A stretch of 64,000 nucleotides of DNA, from NCBI RefSeq assembly GCF_009914755.1, contig NC_060937.1, one strand, 5' to 3'. The stretch's first letter is position 1. Each line of letters starts with the position of its first letter. Made by a program: the position numbers and the translations under genes. The notes under the pieces are model-generated. The model worked only from the letters and a program-made list of their open reading frames with translations. It had not been told where the DNA came from and did no database searches. Source of the DNA: the human T2T-CHM13v2.0 reference genome, Homo sapiens. Shown piece after piece: positions 46,095-58,627 of this stretch.

Positions 46095-46565
46095 ATATGT
46101 GTGTGTGTGTGTGTGTGTGTATTCTAGAAAATAATTTATTATAAGATACTAGCTTATGTAATCTTGGAGACTGAGAATTCTTACATTCTGCTATCTGCCC
46201 CTTGGGAACCCAGGAAAGCCAGTGATGTACTTCTAAGGCCTAAGAGGCTGAGAACTGATGGTGTAGATTCCAATTCAAAGGCCAAAGAACCAGGAGCACC
46301 AAGGGCAAAAAAAGATCCATATCTTAGCTCAAGATTTAAGGTAGAGAGTAAATTCAACCTTCCTCCACCTTTTTCTTCTATTCAGACCCTCAAGGGATTG
46401 AATGATGTGTATCTGTACTGGGGAGACCGCCTGTTTCCTCCATCCATGTACTCAAATGCTAACCTTGTCCAGAAACACCCTCTCAGAAACATTCAGAAAA
46501 AATGTTTAACTAGATATCTGGGCATCATATGGCCTAACCAAGCTGATATTTAAAATTTACACTCT
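46095..46565 (-). mobile_element. MLT2-like ERVL solo LTR with a (TG)n tract at about 46098-46120
   Basis: CCCAGGAAAGCCAGTGATGTA, TTCAGACCCTCAAGGGATTGAATGATG, AGAAACACCCTCTCAGAAACATTCAG, TATCTGGGCATC...CAAGCTGA match antisense MLT2. Confidence 0.78.
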
Positions 46566-47259
46566 CCTATATATTTTTTATGTAATGATATAAATACTGA
46601 TTTATAAATACAGACATATAAATACACATATAACTTAAGACACCAGATAAATATTTAGGGGAATAGCACAATTATTATTTTAATACTTGTTGACATATAC
46701 ATTTTATATTTAATAAAATACCATATAGAATAAAAATGTCAAAGCAGCATAATACCTAGTGATGTTCCACAGTATGATAAAATAATTGAATGAATTATTG
46801 AATGAATTTCTCTGTTAATTTCTCTACTTGCTTAATTTTCATATGCTGGTTGGCCCCCCATCTGTCCTGACATAACATTAAAAGGTTGAAATATGCATTT
46901 CATTTATTGACAAAAGACAACTGCCATGGTATTTGGATATTTGTAAACTACCAGTGGGGAAACATTAGCACTGAGAATGGTTAATACATATTATATGATT
47001 ATATATTCTTTGTAAGTAATTAACTGTGTCTTCTTTCACATTAGGATTTTTAATGACTTCCATAGTAATTAGCTAATAATACCTTTGAATATAAATCTTT
47101 AAACTGTAAGTTAATTGAGTAAGGGTTTATTAAATACCTTCTTCATCTATAAACTCTGCCAGACATTGGACAAACAACCATATGTTTGTGGTAAGTTAAC
47201 TTACTTGAGAAGAGAAGGCACGCACACATATGGGCACACACTAATAATAAAAGGTAGGA

Positions 47260-47478
47260 TTTTTTTTTCTTTTTCAACTTTTACTCTAGATTTAGGGAGT
47301 ATATGTGCAATGTGCAGATTTTTTTTTTATTTTTTTTTGCCTGGGTAAAAAAATTGTGTGATACTGAGATTTGGGTTACAAATGATCCCCTCTCTACTGA
47401 GCATCATAGCCAACAGTTTTTCCACACTTGCCCTCATCTCTTCCTCCTGCCTCTAGTACTCTCCAGTGTCTATCGTCA
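47260..47478 (-). mobile_element. Short L1PA (about 15/16) 3'-end fragment
   Basis: TTTTCAACTTTTACTCTAGATTTAGGGAGTATATGTGCA...CTCTAGTACTCTCCAGTGTCTAT; similar to 39070-39275. Confidence 0.7.
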
Positions 47479-47589
47479 CCAGAAGATAGCATTTTTATTC
47501 TATGCTTTCAGTGTACAGTTACAGCATGTAGGAAATAAGTAGGGAGTTCATGAGAAAAATAAAAGGTCAAAGGATGTTTCAGAATGACT

Positions 47590-47710
47590 AACTTTAACAA
47601 AGGTTACATGGATATATTGTGTAATGATGAAGTCTGGGCTATTAGTTTATCCATCACTCAAATGGTGTACATTGTACTCACTAGGTAATTTCTCATCCCA
47701 CACTCCACTT
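47590..47710 (-). mobile_element. Short L1PB-type 3'UTR fragment
   Basis: GTTACATGGATATATTGTGTAATGATGAAGTCTGGGCT...AGGTAATTTCTCATCCC; similar to 56715-56820. Confidence 0.7.
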
Positions 47711-49410
47711 TGACATCAGAAAATCCAAGTATTCCTTTGAACTTCTCAAATACTATCTTTGGGAATTAACTTCTGTACCTTCCTTGCTAACTGGAAGCTA
47801 CTATTTAGTGAACTGTGGTTTAGTGGATTAAGTTTGCTATCATGTGTAAATGACTTTGTAAAGTGTCTCACCCAAAGAAAGAGCCAAAAAGCATTTATTT
47901 ATTTATTTGAGGTAATTTTAGCATAATTATTTTTCTTATTATGTTCATATTCCTATGCTCATGATTTTTACATTTTCTTTTAGAAAACATGAAGAAAGTT
48001 TTATGTAGGGATGAGACAAGGTTCAGTGTATATTTTAAATTCTAAGACTGCTTGTGGGAAAAGGAATACTAAAGAAGCTATATTTAGAGGCTATAGCAAG
48101 AGTACAGGAGAGAATGGAAAACTATCTTCCAAACCAGATGAATGATTTTCAAATAAATACAGATCCTTGAATTTAACATTTAAAAAATTGATGTACAAAT
48201 TATTTAAGTAAATGATCCATGATTACAATATGATTCTAATAAAAGGCTACAATCTGTATGAAATCATCATTTGCTTGTTATATTTTTATTTTATGCAAAA
48301 TGCATAATCATATTTACTCGCTGAGATTTTTTACATTCCACATGGGAAAACCATATTACTCCATTTATAATCAACCCCACACCTCACATTTAGTAATCTC
48401 TCACCTCTTAGTCTTCTTTTTTTGTCAGTGCCCAAATAATCTTTCTAAAACATTATTTTGCATTTGCCTCCCTGCCCACTCTGGGCAAACATAAAGGGAT
48501 CTTCAACATATTAATTAGTTTGGCTCCAAAAAAATGCTTCATTAATAAAGGTTGCTGCATAGATTTGAAGGGCCCATTGGGAACGATAATAGGGACAGAA
48601 AGGCAGGCAGATAAATAGATTTGTACACAGATAGAAATATTATATGAAAAAGGCCAAAGGAATATGTTATTTGACATATATGTGTGGATATGTCTCTCTT
48701 TTTTAATAAAGTCTTTATTGTATTTGGTTGAATTGACTGATATCTGAGAAATCAGTGGAGTAATGGATAGATGGAATGACGGAAGATAGACATATTTTAT
48801 CCAAGATATATACATGACAAAGATGCCAACTTTTTACCTATGAGCCAAAATCCATAGCAGAGTGCTTCATCCCACGATAGTATTTGTCCTTTTATTAACA
48901 TATTATTATTTGTCACTTACAGTAATACTTTCAATTATATTTCAACTTATGAAAATAAAGGAGAGCATACTAATTATACCCACAAGTTATTCTAGCATTT
49001 ACTAGTTTTATTTATTTTATTTTCAGATTCACTAGTTCAACAGGGACATTCAAATCAGTTCTTATGTTTCTATAATGTTATATATTTATATTTCTACCAA
49101 TGCATATATCTGTATTTATACCTGCTGTAGTACAAAACTTTTACACAAATTTTATTATAAGCATTTATCAATTTCTTTAAATATTATACCATTTTAAGGT
49201 TACATAGGTGTGCAGATTATCCCACCATGTGGAAACACAAGACATTACTGAATAGCAAACAAATGTTATTTGTTATTCATTGCTATCTCTATGCACACAC
49301 AATTTGTAATAAGATCTATAACAGTGGCATATTTGTCTTTGGAAGCTAAACATACAGACATCTGGTGCATACTTTATACCTTGTGCTAATTGCTTTCAAA
49401 AATAATAAGT

Positions 49411-49700
49411 GACCCAGGTGTAGTGGCTCATGCCTGTAATCCCAGCATTTTGTGAGGTTGAGGCAGGAGGACTCCTTGAATCCAGGAGTTAGAGATAAGC
49501 CTGCACAACAGAGCAAGATTTTGTCTCTACAAAAGATAAAAAATTCGCTGCGTGTGGTGACACATGCCTGTAGTTCCAGCTACTTCGGAGGCTGAGGTGT
49601 GAGGATCACTTGAGCCCAAGAGGTTGAGGTGGCAGTGTGGCAGGATCATGCCACTGCACTCAGTCTGGGCAACAGAGTGAGACCTTGTCTCAAAACCAAC
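49411..49700 (+). mobile_element. AluJ
   Basis: Diverged, CpG-depleted dimer with the J-type GAGGATCACTTGAGCCCA and GTGAGACCTTGTCTC. Confidence 0.9.
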
Positions 49701-51749
49701 TAAGTAAAAAGTGACATAAAATATAGTACTTGCCAAGAAGGATAAATTAGACACATGCACACACAAACAGAAAAAAGTGAATAAGAATGTATATAGGTAC
49801 TGTACAGTGAAGCAAATATGTCAAAACTCCTATTCTTTCCACCCAAATATATTAAATTTATTTCAATATATTTTTGCTGCACTGGCTATAAATAAGTCCC
49901 TATTTTATATACAAATTATGTATATTAGTTCCTGCTACTTGTGTATTCTATTAATTCAATTTGAAACAATTTAAACCTTGAAATTTAAGTTTAGATTGCC
50001 AATTACTTTTAAGGCATATCTCATATACATGCTTAGTCATAGAGAAGCAGATATTAATATATTTTTAAACTAACAGAGAAAATATTTTTTAAATGGCATA
50101 TTCAACAGTTAGTGGCACAAGATGTAAACCTAATAATTTGTAATAACCTAGAATATATTACAAAAATAAAATCACTTTTTAAATTATATTTATGTATTAG
50201 TTAGCCAATATCTTACCCAGGATATTTCTTGTGTTATAATAACTAATAACATAGAAATAAATTATACTTTAAAGTCATGCAGGACAGGGTTATTATTATT
50301 TATATTTTGTATAGATTTTCATCTCAGTGTGAAGATAAATTACTCCATTATTGCAAAAAATATAATATGTTAACCACCCTGTAAAGAAAATTACAAATTT
50401 GTATTTGTTTTTAACATCAATTAAGAAATATAACAAGAGTAAATAATGGAAAAAAAATGAACAGGATGGCTACATTCAAGTCATGGCTGTCAGAAATTTC
50501 TATTTTACTTTCTAATCTGCCCAATGTTCTGTGAAAAGAGCCAATGTTCAATCCTAATCACAGTCGTGACAGCTATCCAGATTTGAAAGTTTTGTACACA
50601 TAAAAGATAAAGGGTAAATCAATCTTCGTAGAGTTTTGATTCTAGGATATTATTACGTGAGACAACAAATCATGCTGTTTCGTTTTTGTTTTGTTTTTTT
50701 ACATATTTTTTCCATTTGAAGTTAGATATAGTCTAAAAACTATCAGATTAATTTAAAATTATGAATTTCTTTGGAATTTTATTAACGTTAATAAGAATGT
50801 TCATTTTTGTACTGATTTGGGGCATATAATGGATTTTTATTCACATAATTATGCTATTAAAACTCACTAATTTATTTGGTAATATAATTAGGATTTACAA
50901 ATGAAATTAATAATACTTACTACTTTGTAAACTGTAATGGTTGCATGCATTATTAAATGTGTTAATAAGCACTATTTATAAATAATTATAGCTAAAATAT
51001 ATTTCAGTTTTTATGTATACACTGTCCATTATTTCTGAAATAATTCTTCAAATTAATTGAGACACATGGCATTTTTGGCCACAGCACCACTTTCAAATCA
51101 GCAATTACAATTATTCTTGAAACAACAATAAATCCCATTAATTCAACAATGCCAAAAATGCAATGGGAAAATTTCCAGGAAAATAAATTTACCAAGAAGT
51201 ATTTATGTTCAATTAACAAACTATTTTGAGACTACTTACACTGAGGAGTAGACATTCCAACTAGGACAATGCTGAAAGTTCATTTTCTTCTATCAGATTT
51301 ACAAAATAATGCCTATAGTTTGGTAACCCAAGCATTCTCATACAATTCTTAATGGAAATGTACACATCTTTTATTTTGCAATATTTACGATGTGTCAAAA
51401 TTAGAAAAAATGCACATAAATATTTTCTCAACATATGTGGAACAAGATATGCACAAGATGCTTGATGCAGCATTGTTATAGGAACCAACTTTTTGAATTT
51501 TCTTGAAAGGATTTTTTGCAAAAGATCAAGAAATCTATATAAATTGAATCCTTATTTTGATGTGTTTTGTGTACAAAAATATAGGGTAGTTTACGGACTT
51601 ATGGTTTTTTTTAGAAATTTATAACAACAACAAAAAATGGAACATATGTTGTAAAAAATAAAGTATAGAGTACTCTTGATGATATGACATGGGACTATCC
51701 CCTACGATAGAAGAACATGAAGAAGTGATAGTTGATGTAAGGTCAGACA

Positions 51750-52800
51750 AATGATTGAGTTTATCAGTTCCCTGGCCCAAGAAAGAAGACTGTCAGAATA
51801 TACTAAGTGCTTAAATAAGACTGTACACAGAAGATGCTAAGAGTTTAAAGAAGACTAAGCTGAAGCAATAGTGTACAGGGACAAAGGAAAAATAGCTACT
51901 GTAAATGCAAAGAAGTGTACAGAGTAGGTAATTAAAATGTGGTATTGGAAAGATGTAGTGATTGACTGAATATAAAGAGTAAAGGTATATGGCAGTAAAA
52001 TATTTCAGATTTTTGACTTGAGTAACTTGAGAGGTAATGCTACTTAGAAATATAGTGAACAGTGGGAAAAAACGAGTTTTTTGTTTTTATTTTCTTTTTG
52101 ATGCAATGAAGGTTAATTGTGAGCTCAGTTTACTGTGGTAGATTTGAGGTGCCTAAGAGGTATAAAAGTGAAATCATCTTGCAAATACTTGCATTTTTCC
52201 AAAAATTAGGAGAAATGACAATGATTATATCTTTGGGAATCATCAAGATAATTGCAACCACTAGAATCACTGAAATCAACTAGGATGTAAGAAGATAAGA
52301 GCATATGAGATGCAACCCTGGTAATTTCCCTCATTTATGGATTTGGTAGGGGAGAAGGAAGCAATGCTAAATGAGAAGCAGCCAGCAAATACAAATGGAA
52401 TCTAATAGATGGTGTTTTTAGAAAGCTAGGGTTAAGGCTATTTTGCGGAGAAGTGTGCTCAGCAGTGTCAACAGTTTTCTCCAAAATGATCAGGATTTTT
52501 TAAAAAAAGACATAGAATTTTCTGACATAGCAAGACATTAGAGACAGAAATAGAAATAGTTTTAACATGCAGTATGCTTTGAAACCATAAATGAGTTCAG
52601 TAAGGTGCAAGTGGTGGGTGTAGAAATGCAGACGGTCAGATCAGAAGCTCTTTTGATGTATCATGAAAAGAATTAAATATATAAAGACGTTGGGAGACTA
52701 CGATGACATTTGAGAAGGTTTTGTGTCTGTATTTCATCTACTGAAAAAGGTTGGACAGGAAGGAAAAACAGAGCGAGTTGTTGAAAATACAAAAAAAAAG
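51750..52800 (-). mobile_element. Degenerate L2 fragments
   Basis: Purine-rich sequence with L2-like motifs (TTTTTGACTTGAGTAACT, GAGCTCAGTTT...TTTGAGGTGCCT, TTTGGGAATCATCA). Confidence 0.5.
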
Positions 52801-52878
52801 AAAAAAATGAAAAATCTATAAAATTGTGAGTGAATAACATGAGAATATGCAGAAAGTGGTTTACCTCTTCAATATTAT

Positions 52879-53258
52879 TATTACTGAATCGCTGGGGTGT
52901 CAATTTTTCTGGCCAGAAACCTCTGTGGCCATGGTGCCTTTGTCCAAATTCTTGTTCTGTGTCCAGGAAGAATGAGGTACACAGACAACTGGAAGGTGAA
53001 GAAGAAGAGTTTTATTAGACAGCCCAGAGAAGTGGGTAGCTCCTCTCTACTGGTAGGTCATCTTGTCTAGTGTGTTCAGCTATCAGCAAAGAGGTGGCCC
53101 TGGAAAGAATGGCTCCTCTCTGCAGGCAAGTCTTTCCCACCTCTTTGCAGGTCTCTGAAGCTCTCAGCAAAGAGGGTAGCTCTGCTCTACCGGTGGGTCC
53201 TCTCTGCAGCTCTAGGCTGAGAGGGTACTCTTTTCTGCAGCTGATCATCCTATCTCAG
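52879..53258 (-). mobile_element. MER52/LTR28-group ERV1 LTR, 3' (R/U5) part
   Basis: GGGGTGTCAATTTTTCTGGCCAGAAACCTCTGTGGCC...GTCCAGGAAGAATGAGGTACACAGACAA; GTAGCTCCTCTCT repeats. Confidence 0.8.
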
Positions 53259-54549
53259 TGTGTCCGGAATTGGTGGGTTCTTGGTCTCACTGACTTCAAG
53301 AATGAAGCCGCGGACCCTCACGGTGAGTGTTACAGTTCTTAAAGTCGGCGTGTCCAGAGTTTGTTCCTTCTGATGTTCGGATGTGTTCGGAGTTCCTTCC
53401 TTCTGGTGTCTTCTTGGTCTCACTGGCTCAGGAGTGAAGCTGCAGACCTTCTCGGTGAGTGTTACAGCTCATAAAGCAGTGTGGACCCAAAGAGTGAGCA
53501 ACAGCAAGATTTATTGCAAAGAGCGAAAAAACAAAGCTTCCACAGTGTGGAAGGGGACCTGAGCGGATTGCCACTCCTAGCTCGGCAGCCTGCTTTTATT
53601 CTGTTATCTGGCCCCACCCACATCCTGCTGATTGTTCCATTTTACAGAGAGCCTAGTGGTCTGTTTTGACAGGCCATTGATTGGTGCGTTTACAATCCCT
53701 GAGCTAGACACAAAGGTTCTCCAAGTCCCCACCAGAGTAGCTAGATACAGAGTGCCCACTGGTGCATTCACAAACCCTGAGCTAGACACAGGGTGCTGAT
53801 TGGTGTGTTCACAAACCCTGAGCTAGATACAGAGTGCCGATTGGTGTATTTACAATCCCTTAGCTAGACATAAAGGTTCTCCAAGTTCCCACTAGACTCA
53901 GGAGCCCAGCTGGCCTCACCCAGTGGATCTCACACTGGGGCTGCAGGTGGAGCTGCCTGCTAGTCCCGTGCGGTGTACCCACACTCCTCAGCCCTTGGGT
54001 GGTCAACGGGACTGGGCGCCGTGGAGCAGGGGGCGGCGCTCATCAGGGAGGCTCGGGCTGCACAGGAGCCCACGGAGGGGCTGGGGGGAGGCTCAGGCAT
54101 GGCGGGCTGCAAGTCCCGAGCCCTGCCCCTCGGGAAGGCAGCTAAGGCCCCCCGAGAAATCGAGCGCTGCGCCGGTGGGCCGGCACTGCTGGGGGACCCA
54201 GTACACCCTCCGCAGCCGCTGGCCCAGGTGCTAAGCTCCTTATTGCCCAGGGCCGACAGGGCCAGCCAGCTGCTCCGAGTGTGGAGCCCGCCAAGCCCAC
54301 ACCCACCCGGAATTCCAGCTGGCCCGCAAGCGCCCCACGCAGCCCCGGTTGCCGCTGGCGCCTCTCCCTTCACATCTCCCTGCAAGCTGAGGGAGCAGGC
54401 TTCAGCCTTGGCCAGCCCAGAAAGGGGCTCCCACAGTGCAGCGGCGGGCTGAAGGGCTCCTCAAGTGCCGCCAAAGTGGGATCCCAGGCAGAGGAGGTGC
54501 TGAGAGCAAGCGAGGGCTGTGAGGGCTGCCAGCACGCTGTCACCTCTCA
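53259..54549 (-). mobile_element. LTR12 (ERV9) solo LTR, LTR12C-like, 1291 bp
   Basis: On the minus strand it begins TGAGAGGTGACAGCGTGCTGGCAG and ends AAGAACCCACCAATTCCGGACACA; tandem GAGCTAGA(C/T)ACA..GATTGG units; GC/CpG-rich U3. Confidence 0.95.
53593..53844 (-). promoter_or_regulatory. LTR12 promoter motifs pointing leftward: CCAAT boxes (ATTGG at 53680, 53799, 53840), GATA motif (53604-53609), AATAAA-type TATA box (53593-53601)
   Basis: Motifs read directly; ERV9 LTRs are established NF-Y/GATA-dependent promoters; activity of this copy is unknown. Confidence 0.6.
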
Positions 54550-55138
54550 CCGACATCTCTTTGCCCTCTTTGTCCTCTGTCCATCCTCTGCCCTGCACTG
54601 GCTGATCCCAGGACTTTTATGGACCTCAGAGGGGAGGAAGTGCATGCTGATTGGTGTACGGGTGGCCATGGGCAGGACAGGAAGAGGCACCAGGATCCCC
54701 ACCCAGGACTTTGCCTCCCGCTGCCATTCATGGCCCCAGGGCTTGGCTCCAACCCTGCTCTTGAGATTAAAGGGCTGCAGCTGAACGCAGGAGTTCCCGC
54801 CCTGCCAACTCGGAAGGGGCGGGATTCCCGCTTGTCCCCAGCTCCTAGTGAGTCAGAGGCCCAGGTCTGCAGCTGCAAGATGCCCTGGGAGGGCAGATCC
54901 TGCCTGTTCCTGGCCCCCACAAGAGCACAAGGAAGCTCAGATCCAAAGCTGCAGTTTGGGTGGCTGTAGCCCCGCCCAGGAGGTTAGGGCTTCCTTCTGC
55001 TGGGTAGAGCAGGAGGCCTGGGTCTGCAGCTGCGGTTCGTGGCTCCCATCCCATCTCAGAAGGGGAGGGGCTTCCACAGAGTCCATGTAGTGTGGAGCCC
55101 CAGCCATGTAGCGTGATGGCAGCAGCCACTGCCACCAA
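54550..55138 (-). mobile_element. MER52/LTR28-group ERV1 LTR, 5' (U3) part
   Basis: CTTTTATGGACCTCAGAGGGGAGGAAGTGCATGCTGATTGG...GTGATGGCAGCAGCCACTGCCACCA; continues the element broken at 53258. Confidence 0.8.
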
Positions 55139-56679
55139 CATAAAAGAAGTAAAATAAAAACAACGGCAACAACAACAAAAAACCCCCACAAAACCATGAT
55201 GGACCCAGGTTCCAGGTATTTGGGACGTAAAGCAGAAGTGGCTGTCAATCCAATGTTTTTTATTTGATTATGTAGTAGGATGCAATTTCTTCGACTGAAA
55301 ATAAGGAAGAAATTGGGGTTACCAAGTTTTATCAAGACTGAAATTGATTTTAAAAACGACTGTAGAGAGACGAATGGAATAGGAAAATGTTGCAGTGTTT
55401 CAGAGCATTGTTCAGTGACCGTTTATGGTTAGTGTCTCTGAACTTATGAGGAATCAATTCATAGAAACACAGCACAAAATCCTGCATGGATAGTGAAGGC
55501 AAATAGTTTTATAAATGTTTCTGACATGCACACACACATGTTCTAAATATAGAAGATTAATGCAAGTTTTAGGATGCTGCGACAAGTGATAAAATCAGAA
55601 ATACCTAAAACCTAGGCTAAGAAGAAACGGAAAAGCAGAATGACCAATCAGAACACTCAAGGGAACAAAAATGTGAAGATGTGGATCAGTCCACTGAACA
55701 GGCTATCTGATGGTATTTGAGTAAACAACCGAAGAAAATACCATATTTTATTCGTGTTATTCTTATGTAGTTTTGTTCTGGCTTTGTTTCTTTTTGCTTT
55801 CATATTGCTATTATTTGTTTTGTTTTCTGCTTTTTACTTGCAGTTGAACTAATCCTAAGTTATACACTGCCAATATTTCACAGAAATGACATGGTAATTC
55901 TCTCTTTTCTGTGTAAAATGACTGAAAAAATAAAGCACTCTTCCTAATGGCAAAGGTAATCCTAGGAAAACAGTATTTTCTATTACAGTGTTGCAGGATG
56001 TGTCAATTCTCAGAAATCTCTCGGTAGATGTGAGATACATGTATTTCAAATAATTTATTAGTGACCTACAAGTTCAAGGTTAATTGTGAAAGATTACATA
56101 TTGAATTTTTTCTCAATATTTATGTTTGGAAGTCATTCACTATCAGTTGGCAACTTTTAGTAAACATGAGATTTGTGTGAGAATGCTGGGTTGGTTTCTT
56201 TTTGAGGCAGTCCAAGGATAAAAGTAAAAATGTTTTCTAACATGTTCACGGGTCAAAAAAACTGAGAAATAAAGAAGAGAATAGGCATCCTACTTACTAT
56301 CAAATAGTTGTAAGAAAAAAAAAATCATGTTTTGGCTCCAGTAAACTACATTAAGATTAGAATTGTCACATGACTGTTATTGTGTCATATTTTTGAAGGG
56401 CGGTTTTGATAAATTATAAAGCTTCTGCAGAAAGGGATTTATATAGATTTTTAAAAGAATGAAGTAGATAAATTTACATTTATGTGTAATAAAATGGAAT
56501 ACACTGAGATCAAGTTATATTGTTGACTGGAAAGGTATAGATGACTAACACTATGTATTACAAAATTTAATGAGTTCTACCTTCCATATAATTTGAAAAG
56601 AAATCTTAGAATCTAGACATATGATCTGGTTTGGAAAATATGCCAAGGCAATGTTGCACATTGGTGGAGCAAAATCTCA

Positions 56680-57913
56680 AAATTTCTATGAATGCAAGAG
56701 GTAAAAGTGAAGTTTTTTTACATAGATATAATGTGTGGTGGTGAAAACTAGGGTTTTTAGTGTAATTATCACCCAAATAGTGTATATCATACCCATTAAG
56801 TAATTTCTCATCCCTCACCCTCTTTTATCTTCCTACCCTTCCCAGTCTCCAGTAACTGTTACTCTACTATCAGGTGTACACATCATTTAGCTCCATCTTA
56901 TAAGTACATGTGAGTTTGGACTTACTCTTTCTGCATGGTTTTACTTAATATACTAGACTCCAGTTCCATTTATGCTGCTAGAAAAGACATGATTCCATTA
57001 TGTTTTATGAATAGTATTCCATTATATATATTTACACACACCACATTTTTAATACAATCATCTGTTGATGGGCACTTAAGTGGATTCTATATCTTGGCTA
57101 TTGTAGACAGTGCTGTGATAAACATATGTGTGCAGGTATCTTTTCATTTTCATGATTCATTTTGTTTTGTATATATAATTAGTAGTGGGATTGCTACATC
57201 AAATGGTAGTTCTGTTTTTAATCCTTAGAATAATCTCCATACTGTTTTTCATAGAGGTTTTACTAATTTACATTTCTACCAATAGTGCACAAGCATTCCC
57301 TTTTCTCGGCATCCTCACTATCTATTATTTTTCAACTTTTTAGTAATAGCCATTCTGACTGGTGTGAGATGCTATTTCACTGTGGTTTTAATTTGCATTT
57401 CTCTGATGATTAATGATGTTGAGCATTTTTTTCACATGTTTCTTTTGCCACTTGCATGTTTTCTTTTGCAAAAAGTATGTTCATGTTCCTTGCACACTTT
57501 TTACTGGAGTTATTTGTTTTTGTTATTGTTCTTGATGAGTTGTTTGCATTCCTTGCAAATTCTAGGTATTAGCCCCCAGTTGAATTCATCAGTTTGCAAA
57601 CATTTTCTCCCATTCTGCAAGTTGTCTGTTCACTCTGTTGATGATGATGATGAAGATGATTAATATTATTTACTGTTTAGAAGCTTTTTAGTTTAATTAA
57701 CTCCCATTTGTCTATTTTTTGTTTTGTTGCTTATGCTTTTGAGATCTTTGTCATGAATTATTTGCCTAGGCCAATGTTGAGAAGAGTTTTCTCTAGGTGT
57801 TCTTCTAGTATTTTTAAAGTTTAAAGCCTTATATTTGAGCATTTGATTCATCTCGAGTTGATTTTTGTATTTGATGAGAGATAGGAGGTCCAGTTTTATT
57901 CTTCTGTATATGG
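56680..57913 (-). mobile_element. 5'-truncated L1PB-type (PB3/4-like) element
   Basis: Antisense 3'UTR (ATCACCCAAATAGTGT...TAATTTCTCATCCCTCACCC) and antisense ORF2 C-terminal region. Confidence 0.88.
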
Positions 57914-58370
57914 CAAAATAAATAATAACAGAAAAATCGAGATTAATAAAAATGGAATTTGGGAAATGTGCAGATATGTGAAAATTACACAGCACACTCC
58001 TAAATAACAAATAAAGAAGAATGCATAAGGAAAATTATATATAGTTTAAGATCAATGAAAACAAAACAAAAAACACTATATTTCAAAATTATGGGATGCA
58101 GCTATAGCAGTACTTAGAGAAAAACTTATGGTTGGAAGCACCCATGTTAAATAAGAAGAATGATACTAAACCAATAGTCAAGTTTTCCACCTTAAAAAAG
58201 CTAATATAAGAAATAAAAACTAAACCCACAGGAAGTAGGAGAAAAATAATAAAGACTAGGGAGGAAATAAAATAGATAATAGAAAAACAAAGGGAACAAA
58301 TTAAGGAAATCAACGTTTGTCAGCAATGTTAACAAAATTCACAAACCTTAGCTAGATTTACCAAGAAAGA

Positions 58371-58421
<51 letters not shown>

Positions 58422-58627
58422 AAGAGAGAGAGAAAGAGAAAGGAGGTCGATAACTCAAATCACAAAAATCAGGAATGAGAGGGTGAACATTACTACAAGT
58501 CTTACAAAAAACAATTATAAGCTAATACTATTAACAAGTGTTTGCCAACAAATTAGATAACCTAGATGAAATGAACAAATTCCTAGAAAGACACAAACTA
58601 ACTAAATGGACTCAAGAAGAAATAGAA
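57914..58627 (+). mobile_element. Older L1M ORF2 fragment containing a (GA)n tract at about 58370-58440
   Basis: TTATGGGATGCAGCTATAGCAGTACTTAGAG...TTTGCCAACAAATTAGATAACCTAGATGAAATGAACAAATTCCTAGAAAGACAC. Confidence 0.8.

Noticed and set aside
53690-53900. Spaced repeats (CCCTGAGCTAGACACA...) resembling a CRISPR array
   Set aside because: These are the known tandem U3 subrepeats of LTR12; the intervening sequences resemble each other, there are no cas genes and the DNA is human
53923-55335. Cluster of overlapping 100-167 aa ORFs on both strands
   Set aside because: They lie in GC-rich LTR sequence where stop codons are rare; no recognisable domain
57900-57930. A fourth twin-priming inversion at the minus/plus L1 junction
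   Set aside because: The plus-strand piece looks older (L1M-type) and does not end adjacent to the minus arm's breakpoint
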